The translations under genes and the position numbers were made by a program. Below are positions 8,982 through 18,029 of a stretch of 32,000 nucleotides of DNA, piece after piece. The notes beneath the pieces are model-generated. The model made no database searches, had not been told where the DNA came from, and was given only the letters and a program-made list of their open reading frames with translations. Source of the DNA: Telmatocola sphagniphila (GTDB lineage Bacteria; Planctomycetota; Planctomycetia; Gemmatales; Gemmataceae); NCBI RefSeq assembly GCF_018398935.1, contig NZ_CP074694.1, forward strand, positions 1,620,001-1,652,000, read 5' to 3'. The first letter of the stretch is position 1. Each line of letters opens with the position of its first letter.

Positions 8982-10568
8982 TTGAATTCCGTACCTGCCG
9001 AGACTATGCCAAAAACTTTCACCCCTCCCTACCGCAAGACCAAAATGCTTGCCTTAGCGGCGGCGAGCCTGCTACTGCTCTATTCGAAGTATTCCACACC
9101 GAATGGTGGCGGCCTGGATAGCGGACTGTTAATTCTGCTCTGGATTTATGCCCTTTACTACAGTGCGAAAAACTTGATTTATCCGCAAAAAGTCCTTGTG
9201 CAGGAAGGCAAATTGATCTCGCGCGGGCTCTCGAACTGGGAGACCAATGCCTCCAATGTGCAGGCGAATTTCTACGACGGCGGCGGACTGCGCCTCCGAT
9301 TTCTGAATCTCGAATTCGTGCAGGCAGAAGCGTCCGAAATCGAGCAGCTGCGAAATAGTGAATCCCAATACGGTACCCATTGCACGCTTGCCGGTTTGAC
9401 CCTCGAGCAAATAGATGAACTTCGAGCACTCCTGCCCATCGCACCCCCTCCTTTTCGTTCCCCGGCCGAGCAAATTGAAAGTTATCATCGGGAGATGATT
9501 CGTCGCAAGCCGATACCCCTAGCGACTTTTGGGCTAATCGCTGCAATCGTTTTCGTCTTCCTCGGGATGTGTCTGAAAGGAATTTCCCCGTTTCATCAGG
9601 AGACCCAACAGCTTATCGATGCTGGAGCCAATTACGGTCCTCTGACCACCAACGGAGACTATTTCCGCTTAATCACCAATCTGTTCATACACCTGGGAGT
9701 CCTACATTTACTTTGCAACGCCATCACACTTCAGATTCTGGGGACAACCGCGGAACGAATCTATGGCTCGGCACGCTTCTTGTTTCTCTACTTTGTTTCC
9801 GGTCTGTTCGGTTCGATTTTCAGTCTCTTGATGCAACCGGAGATCGTCTCGGCGGGAGCTTCGGGATGCATCTTTGGCATAGCGGGTTCCATTTTTGCCC
9901 ACGTGCTACTGAACAAAGATTCGATGCCGTGGCCCATTTATCTGGCGGAGCGAAAGAATAGCCTGCGCCTGATTGCACTGAACCTACTGATAGGCTTCGG
10001 CGTTCCGGGTATCGACAATTATGCCCACCTGGGCGGACTGGCCGTGGGTTTTCTGTTGGGATTCTGGCTGGGCCCGCAGGATGCAGCGCGGACGAACCGA
10101 TCCCAATCGCGATTTTACAGCGCTATCGTTATAGGTGTCGTGGCGATTGTTCTCGCCGTGGCGTTCCTTCCTCGAATCCCCAAAGAAGTTTACCAGTACC
10201 TCCAGGCTCTTGAAGAGTATGGTCCGAAAGAGGCCAAGATCCTCGAAGAATACAACTCTCTACTGGGGAAATGGGGGACTCAGAAAACACCCCCGTCGGA
10301 AATGGCCGATGAGTTTGAGAGGCTGGTCTCGAAACCTTTTCACGAGTTGGTTACTCGCTTCCCTGACCCCAAGTTCAGTCCCGCGAGTTTTCGGGAGGTT
10401 GCCCCGGTATTTCAAGAGTTCATGGAGGCAAGGGATAGATCCTGGCGGCACACGGCCGAGGCGGTCAGAACCCAGAATGCAGAACTCATGAGAAAGGCCA
10501 CAGAGGAGCAGAAACTGGCGGAAAGCCTCCTGGAAAAACAGAAGGACTTCTTCAAAAAGGGAAATTAG
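8982..10568 (+). CDS. Rhomboid family intramembrane serine protease with extended N- and C-terminal regions
   Basis: 528-aa ORF. The rhomboid motifs are FIHLGVLHLLCNA (TM2 H..N), GASGCIFGIAGS (GxSG catalytic Ser) and YAHLGGLAVGF (catalytic His, AHxGG). The track start at 8982 is TTG. The ATG at 9006 (MPKTF...) is the more likely true start. Confidence 0.85.
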   Translation: MNSVPAETMPKTFTPPYRKTKMLALAAASLLLLYSKYSTPNGGGLDSGLLILLWIYALYYSAKNLIYPQKVLVQEGKLISRGLSNWETNASNVQANFYDGGGLRLRFLNLEFVQAEASEIEQLRNSESQYGTHCTLAGLTLEQIDELRALLPIAPPPFRSPAEQIESYHREMIRRKPIPLATFGLIAAIVFVFLGMCLKGISPFHQETQQLIDAGANYGPLTTNGDYFRLITNLFIHLGVLHLLCNAITLQILGTTAERIYGSARFLFLYFVSGLFGSIFSLLMQPEIVSAGASGCIFGIAGSIFAHVLLNKDSMPWPIYLAERKNSLRLIALNLLIGFGVPGIDNYAHLGGLAVGFLLGFWLGPQDAARTNRSQSRFYSAIVIGVVAIVLAVAFLPRIPKEVYQYLQALEEYGPKEAKILEEYNSLLGKWGTQKTPPSEMADEFERLVSKPFHELVTRFPDPKFSPASFREVAPVFQEFMEARDRSWRHTAEAVRTQNAELMRKATEEQKLAESLLEKQKDFFKKGN

Positions 10569-10797
10569 TTCTCATGGGAAACAGGATCGCCCCAAAACTT
10601 TAATCAAATTTCGGATATAACCCGGGATTTCTCCACGTCTGGATAAGGATTTGATGAAGTCAAAATAAAGGCCTGAAAAGGATTGTTTTAGAGAGTCTTC
10701 CCGTACGAAATAGATTTCAGATCCAAGGCTCAGAAAGACACTCTATTTAATAAAATCGCCCACTATCGTTGCTGTTACGAAGGTCCAAAAAACTGTA

Positions 10798-10833
10798 GCG
10801 TGTTGACCTGAATGGTCGATATTACCGACACGC
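10798..10833. promoter_or_regulatory. Nested inverted repeat about 45 bp upstream of the TolC-like gene. It is a possible operator overlapping a TTGACC -35-like hexamer.
   Basis: The sequence is GCGTGT-TGACC-TGAAT-GGTCG-ATATTACCG-ACACGC. The outer 6-bp arms (GCGTGT/ACACGC) and inner 4-bp arms (GACC/GGTC) were read from the sequence. Function is not established. Confidence 0.2.
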
Positions 10834-10877
10834 CTGTCTAGTTCCCGAAATCGGCGAGGAATGGTGAGTTCACCAAC

Positions 10878-12230
10878 ATGCTTTTGCTCACCCGAAATCT
10901 GAAACGACTTGCAGCAGTCACTTTGACAGCGATTTCGTTCAATTGGTCTTCGCTACAGGCCCAACCGCCTGCCACACTCCCGGCACCAGAAGCTCTCAAG
11001 CCGGCACCGGCCCCAACACCAGTCCTGAAACTTCAGGATGCGTTGCACTTTGCTTTAGAGAACAATCCCGCCCTCGCATCTCAGCGGAAACAGCGCGGGA
11101 TTGCGGTAGCTCGGGTAGTCATTGCGGAACAATACCCTTTCAATCCAGTGGCCGAAAACCGCATACAGGGCGCCTCAGGCCCGGAATCCGCCGGCGTGAG
11201 CAATAATCTTCCCATTGAGCAATTACTGCTTTGGGAGGTTGAAACGCGAAACCAGAAACAATTTCGCAAAGAGGGCGCTAACGCCACACTTTCCCGCACC
11301 GAATGGGAAATTGCCTATTTTGAACAAACTCTGGCAATCGATGTCTTGCGGGCGTATACCTTAGCCCTCTATCGCCAGGAAAAACTGAAACTTCTCGAGG
11401 AAAACCTTCGCATCAATGAGCGGTTGGTCGAAGATGTTCGCCGCTTGGTTGGGCTCGGCAAATTGCGATCCGCGGATCTGATTCTTGCCCAGACCGAAGT
11501 GGTGGATACCCAGGATTTAGTCGGTGCGGGCCGGGAAACCATGGTGGCGGCTCGGCAGGATTTGAATCGGGTTCTGGGAAGCGTCGACGGTGTGTTTCAA
11601 CTGGAAGGCCGTCTGGACAGTCAGGCTTGGAACTGGGAATCGGCTTCGGAGGGCTTGCAGGAAACCGCTTTGAACCGGCGTGCCGATTTAAAAGCTCGCC
11701 AAATGGCCGTGGCGGAAGCAACAGCCAATACGAAATTGACCATCGCCAATCGGTACGGCAACCCCATCGTCGGACCAGTCATGACGTACGACCCGTCTCG
11801 GGCATTTTCGATCGGATTACAGCTTAATGTGCCGCTGCCTTTTGCGAACTCCAAAAAGGGGGAGATCCTGCAGAGCCAGGCGGAGCAAGCTCAGGCCGCG
11901 CAGTTGTTGCGTCAGGCGGAATTCACCGTTAAGCAGGAAGTTATTGCTTCTCTCGCTCGTTTGGCAGCCGCCCAAAAACGATTGGAACAGATTGAAAAAA
12001 GAGGATTGCCCACCCTCGGGCAGGCGGTGCAGGATATCGAGAAGTTGTTTCAGGCTGGTGAACCGGGTGTCGATGTTTTGAAAGTCATCGACGTCCGGCG
12101 AAAATTGCTCAGAGCCCGAGACAACTATCTCGATGCTCTTTGGTCGGTTCGACAGTCTCTGATAGACGTAGCAGCTGCCACCGGCGAACCGCTCGTGGAA
12201 CCCAAAAAGCCTGAAGAAAAGAAACCCTAA
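10878..12230 (+). CDS. TolC-family outer membrane efflux protein (OMF)
   Basis: 450-aa ORF with a signal-like N-terminus ending in SSLQAQPP. LKLQDALHFALENNPALASQRKQ is a typical OMF N-terminal repeat opening, and the two halves are long, helix-rich and similar to each other. It converges on the MFP-RND-propeller operon. Confidence 0.85.
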   Translation: MLLLTRNLKRLAAVTLTAISFNWSSLQAQPPATLPAPEALKPAPAPTPVLKLQDALHFALENNPALASQRKQRGIAVARVVIAEQYPFNPVAENRIQGASGPESAGVSNNLPIEQLLLWEVETRNQKQFRKEGANATLSRTEWEIAYFEQTLAIDVLRAYTLALYRQEKLKLLEENLRINERLVEDVRRLVGLGKLRSADLILAQTEVVDTQDLVGAGRETMVAARQDLNRVLGSVDGVFQLEGRLDSQAWNWESASEGLQETALNRRADLKARQMAVAEATANTKLTIANRYGNPIVGPVMTYDPSRAFSIGLQLNVPLPFANSKKGEILQSQAEQAQAAQLLRQAEFTVKQEVIASLARLAAAQKRLEQIEKRGLPTLGQAVQDIEKLFQAGEPGVDVLKVIDVRRKLLRARDNYLDALWSVRQSLIDVAAATGEPLVEPKKPEEKKP

Positions 12231-12243
12231 TCTCGAATTAGGG
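12225..12243. terminator. Perfect 7-bp inverted repeat (CCCTAAT-CTCGA-ATTAGGG) containing the stop codons of both convergent genes. It may be a bidirectional hairpin.
   Basis: Read directly from the sequence. The TolC-like TAA (12228..12230) lies in the left arm, and the propeller gene's TAA (complement of 12238..12240) lies in the right arm. The stem is short and AT-rich with no flanking U-tract, so terminator function is speculative. Confidence 0.25.
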
Positions 12244-13221
12244 CTTGGCCTGGTAGATTCGAATCTCGGCGGCCTCTTTACCTTCCTGTTTGGGAACCCC
12301 CAGGTATAACTTGCCGGTTTCCGGGATCAGGAGACTGGTTCGAGCCCCTGGCGCGGTCGGAAGTTTTTCGATCATCTGCAGATGATCGGCATCGACCACT
12401 TTGATGATCGCTAAAAAGCCCGAACCACAGGAAACGTAAACCCGCTTCCGAGTCGCATCGAAATACAAATCGTCGGCTCCTTCGGGAATAGCCACACTGG
12501 TGATTTCTTTGCCCGTCTCGCTATCCAGCACCACGACCATCGGTTCTTTTCGGCAAGCCACATACAGACGATGATTTGCCTCGTCCAAGGCAATCGGATG
12601 CGCTCCGCCGGACAGCTTGATCGGATAAACCGTCGAGACGATGTTCTTCTGGGTATCGATCACCACGACTTGGCTGGGCTCAGGAGTGGAGGCATAAAGT
12701 CGGGGTCGGTTGGCTTCCAGCACAAACCCTTCCACTGTGCCCGGCAGCTTGATATCCGCTTTCAAAGTATTCGACTTGGCCGAGATTACACCCAGAGATT
12801 TCTCGGCGTGTCCGACATAGGCCATCTGCGTCTTAGGGAAGTAATGCACATTATCGGCATCGTCGGCAAACTTGATGGTCTTGACCGATTTGTAGCTCTC
12901 GGCATCGAACACATTACAGAGTCCGTTGGTGCCCAGACCGACGTAAATTCGATCCAGATCGGCCGCGAAAGCTACGCCCTGAATGCCAGTCTGGTTCGGG
13001 ATTTGCTTGATCAACTCGCCCGATTTCAGATCCACCACATCCATGGTGTTGTTCGGCTTGTTAGCCACTAATAATCGATCTCGCTTGGTGTCCAGATCCA
13101 TGTGATCCAGCAAGCCAGCCTTACCTTTAAGCGGAATTGTTTTGATCAATTCCAACTCACCCGCCTTCAGCGGACTGACACTGAACAATGCCAGCAAAGC
13201 CAGCTTCAACATAAACTTCAT
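12238..13221 (-). CDS. Periplasmic YVTN/YncE-like beta-propeller repeat protein
   Basis: 327-aa ORF with a clear Sec signal (MKFMLKLALLALFSVSPLKAGE). Blade-like motifs recur about every 40 aa (RLLVAN, RIYVGL, RLYAST, RLYVAC, RVYVSC, KLYLGV), as in 40-residue YVTN propellers. The start ATG overlaps the RND stop as ATGA (13218..13221). Confidence 0.7.
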   Translation of the reverse strand: MKFMLKLALLALFSVSPLKAGELELIKTIPLKGKAGLLDHMDLDTKRDRLLVANKPNNTMDVVDLKSGELIKQIPNQTGIQGVAFAADLDRIYVGLGTNGLCNVFDAESYKSVKTIKFADDADNVHYFPKTQMAYVGHAEKSLGVISAKSNTLKADIKLPGTVEGFVLEANRPRLYASTPEPSQVVVIDTQKNIVSTVYPIKLSGGAHPIALDEANHRLYVACRKEPMVVVLDSETGKEITSVAIPEGADDLYFDATRKRVYVSCGSGFLAIIKVVDADHLQMIEKLPTAPGARTSLLIPETGKLYLGVPKQEGKEAAEIRIYQAKP

Positions 13222-16200
13222 TGCGTATCTCCAGGTGGTAAAGAAGTCTTCACTTCGGGAACGATTGCTACCGGAACGGGCGCGGTCGGATTCGATTCAT
13301 TGACCGGTACTGCTTCCGGTATTTCAACAGGTTTCACAGGGCCAGGCAGCGTTTTTTGTTTTTCCTTGCGACGTTCGAGGATCAGGTAGCCCGTGGGAAT
13401 GATCATTCGAGTGAACAGCATATTGGCCACCAGGCCCCCAATGACCATGACCGCCAGCGGCTGTTGCATTTGGGCTCCCGGTCCGATACCTAAGGCCAGA
13501 GGTAGCATACCCAGCACGGCGGCCAGACTCGTCATGAGAATTGGCCGGAATCGCGTCCTGCCCGCTAGGAGTAATGCCTGTCGTAAGGGCATTCCTTCCT
13601 CGCGAAGTTGCTGAATGCATTCGACCAGCAGGATGCCGTTCTTCATATCCAGGCCGATCAGCAGGATGGCTCCCATGTAGCTCGAAACGTTCAAGGGGAT
13701 ACCCGTCAACCAAAGGGCTAGAAGCCCGCTGAACAACGACAATGGCTGCGTTAGGAAGATCAGCATCGGGAGCACGACCGATTTGAACTGGAAGGCCAGC
13801 ATGATGAATACCAGCAGAATCGCCACGATCATAACGATCAGCAAACTTTTGAACGCCTCCTGCATTCGCAGATAATGCCCGCCTAGCTCCCACCGATAAC
13901 CTGCGGGCAGTTGCACATCGTTCGACATCCAGCGTTTGATGTCCTCGACGACCGATCCCAAGCCGGCTTCTTCCTGATTCAGTTCGGCAGTAACGAAAAT
14001 CGCCGGTTGCTGATTTTCCCGGTACTGTTCATCCGGCGTGCGAATTGCCTTGACATCTCCTAGCCCCTTCAGGGGTACAACCCGGGCCAGACTGCTGAGA
14101 GTGCCGGAGGGGACGACTGGATTTTTCGTCTCGGGAAGTAGGATCAATTGTTCGAGTACGCGCTGGCGATCGAAAAAGCCCTTGCCGAGATTTTTGGGAT
14201 CGGTGCCGAAGCGAATCGCATCGGGATAACGAACCCGGACATCCGTCACCCTAAGGGAAGACTCGGGAATTTGAGTGGCAATCTGCCCCTGGAAAATCGC
14301 TTTGAGTTGCCGCGCCACCGCATCCGGTTTCAAACCGAGTTTGTCCGTTGCAAAGGAATCCAGTTGAATCATCAGGTCAGGGTTGCCGGCTCGAACATTA
14401 CTGTTTACTTCCTTGAAGCCCCGCCCTTTTCCTTTTTTTCCCAGGGTCTCGGCTACTTCATCCGCGATTTCGCGAAGCTTCTTCTGGTCCGGACCAAACA
14501 GCTTGACTTCCACTGGCTTGTTGGCACCCGACAAGTCATTCAACTCATCCTCCATGATCTGAATCAATTCGATCTTGAGCTGGTGTTCCGAGAAAGAATC
14601 TTTCACCTCATCCTCGACCTCTTCCATGACCTTTTGAAGCGGCCGACGGCGATACTTTTTGCGAATATTTTCCTTTTCCTGCTCCAGCGTTTTATTTTCT
14701 TTCTTGAGTTCCTCTTCGAGCTTGGACAGTGGCGGCCTTACTGGCTTGGTCAGTAAGGTCCGAGGATCATCGCCCGCGGGACGCAGTATAACTTGAATAT
14801 CTCCGCGGCTGGTCTGGGTAGCGAAAAGGCCGTTTTCGGAGCCAGTTCGCCGAACGTAGGATTGCACATCCGGGTTCTTGGAAAGGATCTTTTCGATCTC
14901 TCGAGCCTTCTTCTCCGTCTCGGCCAAAGGACTTCCTGTAGGTGCCCAATAATCCAGAATAAAGGCCCCTTCATCCATATTCGGCATCAGACCGGTTTCC
15001 AGTCCCCGAACCAGAGGTGGCGGCGGGGGCTTGCCTTCTTCACGCGGCGTTTTGTAATCGGGCACGCCGAGATAAAGGAATACGCCTCCTACAAGTGCGA
15101 GCAGAGAGGCGGACATCGTCAACCAGGGAACACGCAAAGCAATCGAGAGGAAAAATTCATAGATATTGGCCACTAGCCGGTAGATTGGCCCGGGTCCGGG
15201 CATTGGTCGGCTTCCGAGAAACTTGGCCGCGAATACGGGAACGATACTCAGGCTGATAACCATCGAGACAAGCACTGCAATCGACAGCGCCCAGCTGAGC
15301 GATGCGAAAAATTGGCCGTAAACACCGGAGATAAACGCCAGCGGAACGAACACGAGTACGGTGGTAAGTGTGGAACCGATCACGGCCCCGGTGATTTCCC
15401 CGGAAGCGGAATCTACGGGATCGCAGGTTTTGTTTTTAGTTTGATCGGGAGTGAGATGCCGGGCAATATTCTCTATTACCACCACGGTATCATCGATAAT
15501 CAGACCGATCGCAACGGCCAATCCGCCCAGCGACATCAAATTCAACGTTTCACCGGTCCAGTGCAGAAACAGGAAGGTGATGCAGAGCGTAATGGGGATC
15601 GACAAGGCCGAGATGAGCGTAGCGCGCCAGCTCCGCAAGAATGCCAGCAGAATCAGGATACTGAACACGCCTCCCACCACGATGGCATCGCGGACATTAT
15701 CCACTGCTGATTTAATGAAATTGGCTTGATCGTAGACAATTGTCGCCTGAATGTTTCGAGGCGGTTTCTTCTTCGCATCCTGGGGCGAAAGCGTTAAGCC
15801 CTTCTCGGCAAGAAGAGTGGCCACATCCCGCGATATTTGAACGGTATTCCCGCCGAGCCGACGGAAAATGGTAATAACGACAGCATCTTTTTGATCAAAA
15901 CCAATGGACATGGTTCTGTCGCGGTGCAGTACCTTGACATCGGCGACATCGCGAACGCGAATCGATTGGTCTTTTCGAGTCGTCAGGACCAGGTCTTCGA
16001 TTTTGGAGGCTTTCGCCGGAAGACTGTTCACAATGATTTGAAAGGCCAGCGGCTGGTTTTCCACCAAGCCGACCGGCTGAAGTTGAGCGAGCTGACCTAT
16101 CTGATCCGCTACATCCGCTGCCGAGAGCCCATGGGTCATCAAATCGTCGGGACGGCAGATCACTTCGATCTCCCGAACATCGCCGCCCGCGACGTTGGCA

Positions 16201-16715
16201 TAAAGAACATCGGGAATCGTTTTCAGTCGAGGGGCGAGTTCGTAGAGAGCAAAGTCCCGTAACTGTGCGGCTGTATCTCCGCCGGTCAGAACCACCGAAA
16301 TGATCGGAAAAACCGATGGTGTCAGCTGATCGACTGTCAACTCCGTATTTGCTGGCAAATCGGAACGTCGAGCACCGATGCGATTCCAGGTCAGTTGTTC
16401 CGCCCGGAGCATATCCGTGCCCGGATTGAAATCGATGAACAGATCGCAGCCGCCTCGGATGGTCTTAGAACGAACTTGAGCCACGCCAATCACTCCCGCC
16501 ACGGCTTCTTCCAGGCGACGGGTGACGTTAACCTCCATGTTCTGCACATCGCGATCGGGGACCTTGGCCGTTACCGCGATACGTGAGAATGTGACTTCCG
16601 GGTAGACGCTACTAGGCATGCGCAGGGCGCAGTAGATTCCGCCTGCTGTGAGTAGTGCACAGGTGAGAACCAGAGCCCCAAAATACGGTTTCGCTACAGA
16701 TGCAAGACTCGCCAT
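13218..16715 (-). CDS. RND efflux transporter permease (AcrB/CzcA superfamily), unusually long at 1165 aa
   Basis: It shows a 12-TM RND layout with two large periplasmic loops. TM4 has GLIIDDTVVVIEN (Asp408/Asp409). TM10 has GLDMKNGILLVE (Lys), and TM11 has RFRPILMTS. These match the AcrB proton-relay residues D407/D408/K940/R971. Extra material is a PPPPP stretch, a K/E-rich insertion at aa ~646-695 and a Pro-rich C-terminal tail. Confidence 0.95.
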   Translation of the reverse strand: MASLASVAKPYFGALVLTCALLTAGGIYCALRMPSSVYPEVTFSRIAVTAKVPDRDVQNMEVNVTRRLEEAVAGVIGVAQVRSKTIRGGCDLFIDFNPGTDMLRAEQLTWNRIGARRSDLPANTELTVDQLTPSVFPIISVVLTGGDTAAQLRDFALYELAPRLKTIPDVLYANVAGGDVREIEVICRPDDLMTHGLSAADVADQIGQLAQLQPVGLVENQPLAFQIIVNSLPAKASKIEDLVLTTRKDQSIRVRDVADVKVLHRDRTMSIGFDQKDAVVITIFRRLGGNTVQISRDVATLLAEKGLTLSPQDAKKKPPRNIQATIVYDQANFIKSAVDNVRDAIVVGGVFSILILLAFLRSWRATLISALSIPITLCITFLFLHWTGETLNLMSLGGLAVAIGLIIDDTVVVIENIARHLTPDQTKNKTCDPVDSASGEITGAVIGSTLTTVLVFVPLAFISGVYGQFFASLSWALSIAVLVSMVISLSIVPVFAAKFLGSRPMPGPGPIYRLVANIYEFFLSIALRVPWLTMSASLLALVGGVFLYLGVPDYKTPREEGKPPPPPLVRGLETGLMPNMDEGAFILDYWAPTGSPLAETEKKAREIEKILSKNPDVQSYVRRTGSENGLFATQTSRGDIQVILRPAGDDPRTLLTKPVRPPLSKLEEELKKENKTLEQEKENIRKKYRRRPLQKVMEEVEDEVKDSFSEHQLKIELIQIMEDELNDLSGANKPVEVKLFGPDQKKLREIADEVAETLGKKGKGRGFKEVNSNVRAGNPDLMIQLDSFATDKLGLKPDAVARQLKAIFQGQIATQIPESSLRVTDVRVRYPDAIRFGTDPKNLGKGFFDRQRVLEQLILLPETKNPVVPSGTLSSLARVVPLKGLGDVKAIRTPDEQYRENQQPAIFVTAELNQEEAGLGSVVEDIKRWMSNDVQLPAGYRWELGGHYLRMQEAFKSLLIVMIVAILLVFIMLAFQFKSVVLPMLIFLTQPLSLFSGLLALWLTGIPLNVSSYMGAILLIGLDMKNGILLVECIQQLREEGMPLRQALLLAGRTRFRPILMTSLAAVLGMLPLALGIGPGAQMQQPLAVMVIGGLVANMLFTRMIIPTGYLILERRKEKQKTLPGPVKPVEIPEAVPVNESNPTAPVPVAIVPEVKTSLPPGDTQ

Positions 16716-16742
16716 TCGCCGCTCGTGAGTATTGGTGTTGAT

Positions 16743-18029
16743 CTAGTCCACATCGACATCGAGTTTAACCGTATCGCCGGTCTGCAACCCCTGCCCGCCC
16801 TCCACAACGAAGAAGGCTTCCCGAATATTGCCCGACCAGCGTTTCTGGGGATCTTTCTCCGGGTCATCCAGGGAGAGAATTTCAATCTGATGCAGAGTGC
16901 GGTCCCGCATGCCCGTCTCGACTTTCACTCGGCGGGCGATCCCGGTGGTTTCCGCTTTCCCTTCGGCATTCACTGCAGTTTTGATGTCGACTACGATGAC
17001 GACCGTGGCATTTTCCTCATCCGCCTGTATGGCCGATTCGCGTATGTTTAGACATTCCCGTCCCGGTTTTGTTTGAATCCGGATTCTCTGGACTTTGTTG
17101 GCACGCAGATGAGCTTCGTTGTTAGCAAACCGGACCTTCACGGCAAAATTTCCCGTTTCCGGCTCGGCCTGATCCGCGATGTAGACCACCTGCCCTTCCG
17201 CCGCCGGAGATGCGGCCGGTTCGGCGTCTAATCCGGATGAAATCGCCAAGAAGCCGAGTTGTAACTGGTTCACCAAACTCGGAGGAACATAGCAGAGCAC
17301 ATCGATAGTCTGTTCGAGATCGACCAGTTCGGTAACGACGGTTCCCACCGATAAAGTTTGCCCGCGCACCACCTGAATACGGCCGACTCGTCCGGACATC
17401 GGCGCGCTGAGAGTATGCAGTTTCAATTGGGCCTGCAGCGACTCCTGCTCTTTGATTCCGGCAACAATCCTGCCTTGAGCGGCTTTCAACTTCGATTGAG
17501 CGTCTTTTAAGGCATATTCGGCTTTAAGTCGGTCCACCGGGGAAACCAGACTGCGGGTCGCGGAGGGATTTTTCTCCTCCTCAGTCTTCAATTGCTTCAG
17601 GCGTTCGACCTCACTGCTGGCTAGTTCGACGGCAAATTGAGCCTGCTTTTGTTCTTCCAGCAGAACTTCCTGAGCCGCCGCCGCTTTGGCGAGGTTTGCC
17701 TGGACGACGGTCGAATCCAATTGCACCAGCGCGGTGCCCTTCTCGATCCGCTGCCCTTCCAGGATGGGCGTTCCGGTAGAATCCCCGAATACCGAGACCA
17801 CCCGACCTTCGATTGGCGCGGTCACTTTGGCCAGACGATCTGGTGCGGGAATGGTCGTACCGATTAATTCCACCCACTCCTCAAGCGCTCCTATAACCGG
17901 AGCCTCCCACTTCACAGTGGCAGGGGGAGCTTTTTCCTCCGGCGGCGGAGCGGTCGTGGAGCATCCCAGCGGGATTCCCAATAAGAGAAACGCCGTAAGA
18001 ACCGCGCATCTACGGGTTGAAACGTTCAT
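16743..18029 (-). CDS. RND efflux periplasmic adaptor (membrane fusion protein, HlyD/AcrA family), possibly a lipoprotein
   Basis: The track ORF extends to a TTG at 18041. The ATG at 18029 gives MNVSTRRCAVLTAFLLLGIPLGCSTT, a lipobox-like LGC. The body has a lipoyl-like segment (VTAPIEGRVVSV ... LSAPMSGRVGRIQV), a central coiled-coil hairpin, then beta-barrel/MP-type sequence. It ends 27 nt upstream of the RND start. Confidence 0.9.
   Translation of the reverse strand: MNVSTRRCAVLTAFLLLGIPLGCSTTAPPPEEKAPPATVKWEAPVIGALEEWVELIGTTIPAPDRLAKVTAPIEGRVVSVFGDSTGTPILEGQRIEKGTALVQLDSTVVQANLAKAAAAQEVLLEEQKQAQFAVELASSEVERLKQLKTEEEKNPSATRSLVSPVDRLKAEYALKDAQSKLKAAQGRIVAGIKEQESLQAQLKLHTLSAPMSGRVGRIQVVRGQTLSVGTVVTELVDLEQTIDVLCYVPPSLVNQLQLGFLAISSGLDAEPAASPAAEGQVVYIADQAEPETGNFAVKVRFANNEAHLRANKVQRIRIQTKPGRECLNIRESAIQADEENATVVIVVDIKTAVNAEGKAETTGIARRVKVETGMRDRTLHQIEILSLDDPEKDPQKRWSGNIREAFFVVEGGQGLQTGDTVKLDVDVD

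Noticed and set aside
13324-13893. 189-aa same-strand alternative-frame ORF within the RND permease
   Set aside because: It sits out of frame inside a well-supported RND coding frame (TM11-12 region). Its Arg/Gly/Pro-rich composition is typical of an off-frame read.
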